From an uncultured Bacilli bacterium (GTDB lineage: Bacteria > Bacillota_I > Bacilli_A > ML615J-28 > CAG-313), in contig CAKPAZ010000001.1 of the NCBI GenBank assembly GCA_934133195.1, positions 17,267 to 81,266 on the forward strand: a stretch of DNA of 64,000 nucleotides, read 5' to 3'. Positions 56,203 to 64,000 of the stretch are shown one piece after another; position 1 is the first letter of the stretch; each line of letters starts with the position of its first letter. The notes beneath the pieces are model-generated. The model saw only the letters and a program-made list of their open reading frames with translations, was not told where the DNA came from and ran no database searches. The translations under genes were made by a program, and so were the position numbers.

Positions 56203-58827
56203 TTATTTACGAGGATTTTTAATGTTAGCTTGAGCTGCGGCTAAACGTGCAATTGGAACACGATAAGGAGAGCAAGAAACATAGTCTAATCCAATGTTAT
56301 GACAGAATTCAATAGTTTCTGGGTCACCACCATGTTCACCACAGATACCTAAATGTAAGTCAGGACGAACAGAACGACCAAGTTCTACTGCCATCTTCAT
56401 TAGTTTTCCTACGCCTTTTTGATCGATGTGAGCGAATGGATCGCTTTCAAAAATCTTACGAGCATAGTATTCTTCTAAGAATTTACCAGCATCATCACGG
56501 CTGAATCCAAATGTCATTTGTGTTAAGTCGTTAGTACCAAAACTGAAGAATTCTGCATATTCAGCAATTTCATCAGCAGTTAAGGCTGCACGTGGAACTT
56601 CAATCATTGTACCAATCTTGTAAGCAAGTTTAACGCCTTTTTCAGCGATAACTTTTTCAGCTGTAGCAACTACAACATCACGTACATACTTAAGTTCTTT
56701 AACATCACCAACAAGTGGGATCATGATTTCTGGAGTAACGTTTAAGCCTTCTTTATTTACTTCGATAGCAGCTTCAATTACGGCTCTAGTTTGCATTTCG
56801 GCAATTTCAGGGTAAGTAATTGATAGACGGCATCCACGATGTCCTAGCATTGGGTTGAATTCATGTAAGCTTTCAACTGTAGCTTTTAATTTTTCAAATG
56901 TTAATCCCATTTCTTTTGCAAGAGCAGCGATTTCTTCATCTGTATGAGGTAAGAATTCATGTAGTGGAGGGTCAAGATAACGAATTGTTACACTTCTTCC
57001 TTCCATAGCTTTATAGATACCAATAAAGTCAGCACGTTGCATAGGTAATAATTTCGCTAAAGCTTTACGACGACCTTCTTCATTATCAGAAACGATCATT
57101 TCACGAACAGCTGGAATTCTGTCTGCATCAAAGAACATATGTTCAGTACGACATAGACCAACACCTTCAGCACCAAAGTTGAAAGCAACGCGAGCATCAC
57201 GTGGGTTATCAGCATTTGTTCTAACATGTAGAGCACGATATTTGTCAGCCCAATTCATTAGAGTTGCGAAATCACCAGATACAGTGGCATCAACAGTTGG
57301 GATAGCTTCACCATAAACATAACCAGTATTACCATCGATAGAAATCCAGTCACCTTCATTGTAGCGTTTGCCACCAACTTCAAACCATTTTTCTTCTTCA
57401 TTTACACGGATTTCACCAGCACCAGCAACACAGCAAGTACCCATACCACGAGCAACAACGGCTGCATGGCTTGTCATACCGCCACGACCAGTTAAGATAC
57501 CTTGAGAAGCAATCATACCTTCGATATCTTCTGGAGAAGTTTCAAGTCTAACTAGAACAACTTTCATACCTTGTTCTTTACATTCTTTAGCACGTTCAGC
57601 ACTAAATACAACTTGACCACAAGCAGCACCTGGAGATGCGTTTAATCCTTTAGTAATAGGATGAGCTTTCTTTAAAGCAGCTTGGTCAAATCCTTTGTGT
57701 AGTAAAGCATCAAGTGATTTAGGTTCAACCATTAATACAGCTTCTTGTTCAGTAATTAAGCCTTCTTTAACAAGATCAATCGCAATCTTTAAAGCAGCTT
57801 GAGCTGTACGTTTACCATTACGAGTTTGTAACATGTATAATTTACCTTTTTCAATAGTAAATTCCATGTCTTGCATATCACGATAATGTTTTTCAAGAAT
57901 CTTAGTTACTTTCTTGAATTCTTCATATAATGCAGGGTTATCTTCTTGTAAGTGAGCAATTGGATAAGGTGTACGAATACCAGCAACAACGTCTTCACCT
58001 TGTGCATTGAATAGATATTCACCAAATAATTCATTTTCACCAGTTGCAGGGTTACGAGAGAAGGCAACACCAGTACCAGAATCTTCACCCATATTACCAA
58101 ATACCATTGTTTGAACGTTAACTGCAGTACCCCAAGAATAAGGAATACCGTTTAAACGACGATAAACGTTAGCACGTGGATTGTCCCAAGAACGGAATAC
58201 AGCTTTAACAGCTTCTAGTAATTGTACTTTAGGATCTTGTGGGAATTCTTCTTTCTTTAATTCTAAATATTTTGCCTTGAATTCTTTTACTAATTCCTTT
58301 AAGTCATTAGCATCAAGTTCAGTGTCTTGTTTTACACCTTTAGCTTCTTTCATCGCATCCATTAATGCTTCAAAGTTTGCTTTGTCAATTTCCATAACAA
58401 CATCTGCAAACATTTGAATGAAACGACGGTATGAATCATATGCAAAACGTGGGTTACCAGTAAGTTTTGCAAGACCTTCTACTGCGATGTCATTTAAACC
58501 TAGGTTTAAGATTGTATCCATCATACCAGGCATTGATGCACGAGCACCACTACGTACTGATACTAGTAATGGATTGGCGTTATCACCAAATTTTTTGTTA
58601 TTGATTTCTTCGATTTTTGCAAGTGCAACATAGATTTGATCAACAACTTCATCGGAAAGCTTTTGGCCATCTTCGTAATACTTTGTACATGCTTCAGTTG
58701 TAATAGTGAAGCCTTGAGGAACTGGTAAACCAATGTTAGTCATTTCGGCTAAGTTAGCACCTTTTCCACCAAGAAGATTACGCATTGACTTGTCGCCTTC
58801 GCTGAATAAATAAACAAATTTACTCAT
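56203..58827 (-). CDS. ppdK: Pyruvate, phosphate dikinase
   Basis: 874 aa. N-terminal ATP-grasp region GGKGANLAEM, phosphohistidine domain GGMTSHAAVVARG, PEP-utilising TIM barrel GICGE. Confidence 0.95.
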   Translation of the reverse strand: MSKFVYLFSEGDKSMRNLLGGKGANLAEMTNIGLPVPQGFTITTEACTKYYEDGQKLSDEVVDQIYVALAKIEEINNKKFGDNANPLLVSVRSGARASMPGMMDTILNLGLNDIAVEGLAKLTGNPRFAYDSYRRFIQMFADVVMEIDKANFEALMDAMKEAKGVKQDTELDANDLKELVKEFKAKYLELKKEEFPQDPKVQLLEAVKAVFRSWDNPRANVYRRLNGIPYSWGTAVNVQTMVFGNMGEDSGTGVAFSRNPATGENELFGEYLFNAQGEDVVAGIRTPYPIAHLQEDNPALYEEFKKVTKILEKHYRDMQDMEFTIEKGKLYMLQTRNGKRTAQAALKIAIDLVKEGLITEQEAVLMVEPKSLDALLHKGFDQAALKKAHPITKGLNASPGAACGQVVFSAERAKECKEQGMKVVLVRLETSPEDIEGMIASQGILTGRGGMTSHAAVVARGMGTCCVAGAGEIRVNEEEKWFEVGGKRYNEGDWISIDGNTGYVYGEAIPTVDATVSGDFATLMNWADKYRALHVRTNADNPRDARVAFNFGAEGVGLCRTEHMFFDADRIPAVREMIVSDNEEGRRKALAKLLPMQRADFIGIYKAMEGRSVTIRYLDPPLHEFLPHTDEEIAALAKEMGLTFEKLKATVESLHEFNPMLGHRGCRLSITYPEIAEMQTRAVIEAAIEVNKEGLNVTPEIMIPLVGDVKELKYVRDVVVATAEKVIAEKGVKLAYKIGTMIEVPRAALTADEIAEYAEFFSFGTNDLTQMTFGFSRDDAGKFLEEYYARKIFESDPFAHIDQKGVGKLMKMAVELGRSVRPDLHLGICGEHGGDPETIEFCHNIGLDYVSCSPYRVPIARLAAAQANIKNPRK

Positions 58828-58885
58828 ATTAGTCTCCTTTTCTTTTTTTATATGTTTTCACACTTTCTAGATTATATCATTAAGC

Positions 58886-58928
58886 AAAAAAAAAAGCAAA
58901 CAAATAAATCTATATGTTTTATTTGTTT
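58886..58928 (-). terminator. AT-rich terminator after the LRR gene
   Basis: Minus strand AAACAAATAAAacatatagaTTTATTTGTTT, then GC and a 10-nt T run. Confidence 0.5.
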
Positions 58929-58941
58929 ACTTAAATTTTTC

Positions 58942-59898
58942 TTATTCAGCCATGATTTTTTCTTCAAAATTCTTGGAAGTACTAAAATGTTTAGCATTTT
59001 CTTTTAGAAAATCAAGATTATCACTACTTGTATAAATCACAATATTTGGACAAACACTAGTGATATTATAGCCAAATGTTACAACGGAACTAGGAATAAA
59101 TAGATAAGATAATATCTTACATCCCGCGAAAACATTACTACCTAATTCCTTTAAAGTATTAGGAAGTTTTACATTATCAAGTTTATCAGAACTTGCGAAA
59201 GCGAATGATTCAATTACTTCTAGATTTAAACAATTAGTAAAATCAACCGTGCTTAGAGCGGATGAATTTCGAAAAGCTGAATTCTTGATCGTTGAAACGT
59301 TCTTAGAAATGGTTACACTAGTTAAAAATGATGTACCATAAAAAGCATAATCATTAATTATTTCCACACTTTCAATAATCTCAAAACTAGTACTTTGCTT
59401 TTTAGCGGGATACTTTAAAAGAATGTTCTTCTCCTTATTATATAATACGCCATTAATACTTGTGTATTTTTCATTTAATGATGAAACATTAATTGATTCA
59501 AGATTACTTGCTCCATCAAAAAAGTTTTCTTCATTAGTACTACCAATACCAATAAATTCAATCGTCTTAGGAATATTTAAATATTTAACATTCTTTAGCT
59601 CAATAAATTTATTTTCGTTAGTTTCAATTCTTTTTACCGTAATTCCATCGATTGTTTCGGGATATTCAATCTTGGTAAGACTTCTACCATACCCACTAGT
59701 TAAACCCGTAACTACATAATACTTTTCTCCATTTTCTTCACGAAGTTCTAAGTCAAAAGTTTTTAGATATTCCTTAGCTTCCGTTCCATAGGTTGTATTA
59801 CTCTTTTTAACTGGTCCTTTGATAATTAATATTGTTGTAAGGGTACCTAAAACAACAACTAAAATACTGACAATTATTATATAGACTTTTTTACTCAT
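58942..59898 (-). CDS. Membrane-anchored leucine-rich-repeat protein (BspA-type LRR)
   Basis: N-terminal TM helix, then repeats of the type I.......AF..C..L..V.IP..V..I. GGTGA RBS precedes the Met at 59898. Confidence 0.7.
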   Translation of the reverse strand: MSKKVYIIIVSILVVVLGTLTTILIIKGPVKKSNTTYGTEAKEYLKTFDLELREENGEKYYVVTGLTSGYGRSLTKIEYPETIDGITVKRIETNENKFIELKNVKYLNIPKTIEFIGIGSTNEENFFDGASNLESINVSSLNEKYTSINGVLYNKEKNILLKYPAKKQSTSFEIIESVEIINDYAFYGTSFLTSVTISKNVSTIKNSAFRNSSALSTVDFTNCLNLEVIESFAFASSDKLDNVKLPNTLKELGSNVFAGCKILSYLFIPSSVVTFGYNITSVCPNIVIYTSSDNLDFLKENAKHFSTSKNFEEKIMAE

Positions 59899-59930
59899 AT
59901 TATCACCATCTACATTATACAATAATTCAA

Positions 59931-60567
59931 TCAATATTTAAAGTAATTAGTCCAATAAATTTGTGATTTAAGCTTCCGATATCTCATTTCTTTCAATAAA
60001 TCTTTAAATTTAAGACTTAAAAAGATGGTTAAAATTACAAGACCTAAACTCTTATAGATATAACAAGTAATTGATAAAATAACCAACATTAAAATATTTA
60101 AATACTTTAAAAGATCTAGGGTATAGATATCATCATAAATGATGGTTAAAACTTCTCTTAATAGTCTAAAGCCATCAAGAGGAAAGATAGGTAAAAGATT
60201 AAAGATAATCATGAGATTGTTAAAGGTTCTTAACGGTTTTATTCTTATGTCAAAGATTAAAAAGATAATTAAAAGTAAAATATTACATGTAATACCGCCT
60301 AAGATAAACGATAATTCGCTTAATTTTGGAAAGATTGTCTAAATTTACATCCATTAATCCGCCAACTAAATTAAGAGAAATCGTCTTAATATCTCCTTTA
60401 AAAAGTTTAATCCAAAAGATATGACCTAACTCATGAAGTAATAAAATAAAAATAGTGCCAAGATAAGTTTTTAATTCACCGGTAAAAGCAAACAAACCAA
60501 AAAGTAAAATCAAAACATAACTAATCTTCAGCTTTTTGATAGTAATCATAGTAGGTACCATTATCAT
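59931..60567 (-). pseudogene. spoIVFB: SpoIVFB-type M50 site-2 protease, interrupted by a 1-nt frameshift
   Basis: The upstream ORF carries HELGH and the downstream ORF carries NLLPIFPLDG. Skipping base ~60300 joins ...KRIIVYL to GGITCNILLLIIF... in the downstream frame. Confidence 0.7.
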
Positions 60568-61120
60568 TGATTGTTAACATAAATTTAAATGATGTTGACT
60601 CACTATCATATGATGCTTTTCCAATAATCGTATTTGATGAAACATAATCATAGATATGAAAGTCAATACTCTCTAAATGAAGGTAACCATAAACAAGACC
60701 ATCGACTCCTTGAATATATAAATTATAATAATTATTTTCTTTTTCGGTCTTAATAACTACCCCCGAAGTAAGGGAAACAACACCATCTGTGCCGATGTTT
60801 TCAACCTTATTATATTTACCATCAAAGGTTACTAAATCATAAGTTTCTTTTTTATAGACTAAAACATCTAAATCTTTAAAATCAACCAAGTCAGTTTTAC
60901 CGATTAATACATTAGCAAGTTTTAAAAAGTTAAAATTGTGATTAATGATACTCTTAATATTAACATACTTGTCAGATAGAACTAACAATAATAAAAGGAT
61001 TGAACTTAAAAAGATCCTTTTAAACAATCTATCAATATAGCGTAACTTCTTATTTTTCTTCACCACATCTTCTTTAGTTGATTCTTTTGTTGTTATTTTT
61101 TTCTTGATCTCTAACTCCAT
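60521..61120 (-). CDS. spoIVFA: SpoIVFA-like protein (TM helix + degenerate LytM/M23 domain)
   Basis: Charged N-terminus, one TM helix, and a C-terminal beta-rich domain without the HxxxD/HxH metal ligands. Lies directly upstream of and overlapping spoIVFB. Confidence 0.5.
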   Translation of the reverse strand: MELEIKKKITTKESTKEDVVKKNKKLRYIDRLFKRIFLSSILLLLLVLSDKYVNIKSIINHNFNFLKLANVLIGKTDLVDFKDLDVLVYKKETYDLVTFDGKYNKVENIGTDGVVSLTSGVVIKTEKENNYYNLYIQGVDGLVYGYLHLESIDFHIYDYVSSNTIIGKASYDSESTSFKFMLTINDNGTYYDYYQKAED

Positions 61121-61165
61121 AATACCACCCTTATATCATAATATCATATGATTAAAAGAACATAG

Positions 61166-61843
61166 TTAGAACATATTGGTTAGTTTTCCATCTCTTTTCA
61201 TACTAAAATAGCTATCTCCAATGATTATATGATCAAGTACTAAAAAACCATTAACTTTTGCGAGTTCAATTATTTGTTTGGTATACTTAATATCTGGCAT
61301 ACTTGGGGTTTCATCTCCACTAGGATGATTGTGCACTAAGATAAAGGCATAGGCCGAGAGTTTAAACGCCCACTTAAGGATTAGTCTTGGATCAAATAAA
61401 GTAGAATTACCACCACCGGTCGATAAGAGTTTTACCGAAATTAAACTTCCTTTCGCATTCAAATAAATCACATAAAGATTTTCTTCTTTTAAACCAATAA
61501 ATTTATTTTTCATAAACTTATAGACATCTTCTGAACTCACAAAAGAAAGATTATTTTTCTTTTCATTATTGATTCTTTCGCCAAACTCCACACAAGCAAG
61601 AATGGTTATTGCTTTTGTAATACCAATTCCTTTAAACTCTAACAATTCATTAATCGTCATTTCTTTAAAATCAGCTAAAGACTCAATATTGTTTAAGATT
61701 GACTGCGATAATCCGACCACACTTTTATCTTTTGAACCTGTCCTAAGGATTATCTCTAGTAATTCTAAATTACTCAATGATTTAATTCCAAATTTAAGAG
61801 CTTTTTCTCGTGGTCTTTCATAAATAGGGATTTCTTTTAACAT
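61166..61843 (-). CDS. radC: RadC-family JAMM protein
   Basis: HhH-like ELLEFKGIGITKA and JAMM motif VHNHPSGDETPS. Confidence 0.9.
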   Translation of the reverse strand: MLKEIPIYERPREKALKFGIKSLSNLELLEIILRTGSKDKSVVGLSQSILNNIESLADFKEMTINELLEFKGIGITKAITILACVEFGERINNEKKNNLSFVSSEDVYKFMKNKFIGLKEENLYVIYLNAKGSLISVKLLSTGGGNSTLFDPRLILKWAFKLSAYAFILVHNHPSGDETPSMPDIKYTKQIIELAKVNGFLVLDHIIIGDSYFSMKRDGKLTNMF

Positions 61844-61904
61844 TTTATCACCACTTAATAATACGATTAAACCATAAAAAAAGATAGAACTTTTTTGGTT
61901 CTAT

Positions 61905-63206
61905 CTAATTTTTATCTTTGATAAGTTTTCTAATGTCAGTTACTAAATATAAACTACCTAAATAAATCGTAAAAGGAACTTTATGACTCATTACATAATC
62001 TAGACTTTCTTTAACATCATGAATGATCATTTTCTTTTTACAATTACTTAAAACATATAAAACATCTTCTTCACTGCTTCTTGTATATGCATACTTAGTA
62101 AAGATGATTTCATCAAAAGTATCATCAAGGAGTTTAATCATTTGTTCTAAGGTTTTATCTTTAGAAATAGAGACAACCGCTCTTTTATACTCATATCCTA
62201 AGGATTTAACGAAATTACATACTTGGGTAATTCCATCAGGATTGTGAGCACCATCAGTTACAATCAAAGGATTTTCACTTAAGATTTCTAGGCGACCTGG
62301 CCAAATGATTTTTTTAAGTCCTTCTTTAATTGTTGTTTGCGATATCGGAAAACCAGGGATTGTATGAAGATATAAATCATTTAAAACTTCAATTGTTGTT
62401 ACGATTACTTTCGCATTATCAATTTGATGAAAACCTGGTAAGTTGATATACAAGGAGTCATTAAACCCTTCTAAGAGAAAATTAGACCCATAAATGTCCA
62501 TCTTTTTTATTTCAGCCGTTCTAGGAGCGGTTATGTAAAGTTTAGAACTGCGTTCTTGACAAACAGTTTTTACTAGTTCTTGGATGTTTTTTTCCTTAAT
62601 TCCACAAATTAAAGGTTCACCATTTTTAACAATTCCTAACTTTTCCATCGTAATCTTTTCTAGAGTATCACCTAAAATCTTAGTATGTTCTAAGGCAACA
62701 TTTGATATTACCGCGACATCACTATGAACAATATTTGTTGCGTCAAGACGTCCTCCCATCCCTACTTCTAATATAGTAAAATCAAGATCAGCTAAATCAT
62801 GAAAATACAAGAACGCAAGGAGGGTAATAAATTCAAAGAAACTTGGGGTATCATATCCATCACTAATGATTTTATCATACTTATCAATTATCATATTTCC
62901 ATATTTAAGTAAGTCATCATCACTGATATTTTTACCATTATATTCAATACGTTCATTAAATACGGTAATATAAGGTGAGGTAAATGTCGCAACATTAAAT
63001 CCTGCTTCCATGAGGATCGCCCTTATTCCCGCAACCGTACTTCCTTTACCATTAGTTCCGGTTACATGGATGATTCTAAGACTTGCTTCTGGATGATTGA
63101 ATAAAGATGCATAGTAGTTAATTCTATCTAAAGATGTTTTCTCGGTAAATCTTTTTTGTCTTTCGACCCACGAAATAAAATCTAATACATTTGTAAATTT
63201 ATCCAT
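61905..63206 (-). CDS. folC: Bifunctional folylpolyglutamate synthase / dihydrofolate synthase
   Basis: HVTGTNGKGST P-loop, Mur-ligase fold, valS-folC order. Confidence 0.9.
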   Translation of the reverse strand: MDKFTNVLDFISWVERQKRFTEKTSLDRINYYASLFNHPEASLRIIHVTGTNGKGSTVAGIRAILMEAGFNVATFTSPYITVFNERIEYNGKNISDDDLLKYGNMIIDKYDKIISDGYDTPSFFEFITLLAFLYFHDLADLDFTILEVGMGGRLDATNIVHSDVAVISNVALEHTKILGDTLEKITMEKLGIVKNGEPLICGIKEKNIQELVKTVCQERSSKLYITAPRTAEIKKMDIYGSNFLLEGFNDSLYINLPGFHQIDNAKVIVTTIEVLNDLYLHTIPGFPISQTTIKEGLKKIIWPGRLEILSENPLIVTDGAHNPDGITQVCNFVKSLGYEYKRAVVSISKDKTLEQMIKLLDDTFDEIIFTKYAYTRSSEEDVLYVLSNCKKKMIIHDVKESLDYVMSHKVPFTIYLGSLYLVTDIRKLIKDKN

Positions 63207-63207
63207 T

Positions 63208-64000
63208 TTATAGTCTTTCTAGGAGTTTGGTTACTTCTTCTAATTGTTTCATATAGTCAACAAGCTTAGCTTTTTCGGCGTCAATCTTTTGTTGAGGAGC
63301 TTTTGAGACAAAGTTTGGATTATTTAACATCTTATTACAACGTTCAACCTCAGCAGTTAGCTTTACTTTTAGACCTTCTAATCTTTCTTTTTCTTTTTCA
63401 GTATCAATTAATTCTTTCATTGGAATGATGACTTTAACATTACTTAAGACAGTAACACTCGCATCATCGCTTTTAACATTTTCTTTAATCTCTAAAGTAT
63501 CAGGATTACAGAATTTCTTTAAGTATGCTTCCATATCTTTAAGGAAAACACTTAATTTTTCATTCTTAGTTTCAAGTTTAATGGTAATTGGTTTACTCAT
63601 TGGAACATTCTTTTCACTTCTGACATTTCGTACGGCACTAATAATATCGATTAAATCACTCATGTATAAACTATCTTCTTTATTAGTCTTGTTAGTTTCT
63701 TCTGGCCAATCACTAACCATAATTGAACCATCAACAAAATGTTGGTAGATTTCTTCGGTTACAAATGGCATGAAAGGATGTAATAACTTAATAACAACAA
63801 GTAAAACATCTTTTAAAACAGCACATGTATTAATCTTTTCTTCTTTACTTCCATTTTGGAAAGTAACCTTTGTAAGTTCTAGATACCAGCTCGCAAGATC
63901 ATCCCATGTAAAGTTGTAAATAGCTTTTGCGACCTCACCTAGTTCAAAGTTATCATATAAACCATTGACTTCTTTGATTAGATTTTCTTTACGATTTAAA
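63208..64000 (-). CDS. valS: Valine--tRNA ligase, C-terminal part (5' end outside window)
   Basis: The reading frame stays open to the window edge (..LLHPFMPFVTEEIYQHF..). C-terminal coiled coil. The track ORF 63208..63771 is only the part after an internal Met. Confidence 0.9.
   Translation of the reverse strand, partial: LNRKENLIKEVNGLYDNFELGEVAKAIYNFTWDDLASWYLELTKVTFQNGSKEEKINTCAVLKDVLLVVIKLLHPFMPFVTEEIYQHFVDGSIMVSDWPEETNKTNKEDSLYMSDLIDIISAVRNVRSEKNVPMSKPITIKLETKNEKLSVFLKDMEAYLKKFCNPDTLEIKENVKSDDASVTVLSNVKVIIPMKELIDTEKEKERLEGLKVKLTAEVERCNKMLNNPNFVSKAPQQKIDAEKAKLVDYMKQLEEVTKLLERL

Overview
Chromosomal segment from a low-GC, endospore-forming Bacillota (Firmicutes) genome. It looks AT-rich by eye; I did not compute composition. 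There are about 55 protein genes, nearly all housekeeping, in blocks whose order mirrors Bacillus subtilis. On the + strand: yqfC-yqfD, glyQS-dnaG-sigA-trmK-nif3, yneF/plsY/parE-parC, a cmk::rpsA fusion with der-gpsA, tldD-pmbA, a heterodimeric ABC exporter, proS, two CNNM/CorC genes, lepA-hemW and xerD-deoB. On the - strand: valS-folC-radC-spoIVFA-spoIVFB, rplU-prp-rpmA-obg, an ECF S-component with coaX, mutS-mutL-miaA, dacB-spmA-spmB and rluB. I saw no rRNA, tRNA, CRISPR, transposase or phage genes. The main structural result is that transcription runs rightward up to 37.26 kb and leftward from 38.35 kb. The two halves converge on a 1.05-kb ORF-free AT-rich gap holding a 26/28 match to the Firmicute dif site, so the window appears to span the replication terminus. 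Three unexplained signals stand out. (1) A dense cluster of DnaA-box-like or iteron-like repeats lies 50 bp from dif. (2) A dispersed short repeat family (core TAAACCNTTCTNAGAGCGTTTGA, longer copies about 60 nt) has at least seven copies between 37.5 and 55.1 kb; some form terminator hairpins and one supplies the C-terminus of dacB and part of the spmA ribosome-binding site. (3) Two tandem 28-bp palindromes sit in front of a stand-alone AAA ATPase gene. Other points: a frameshifted spoIVFB, a translationally coupled operon of a degenerate Fic-like/wHTH protein and a PHP phosphoesterase beside the terminus, and a three-gene insertion between spoIVFB and rplU. I found no clear multi-gene novel system such as a defence island; the non-coding signals around the terminus are the most unusual content. 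All calls come from reading the sequence and motif recall, and no database search was run.
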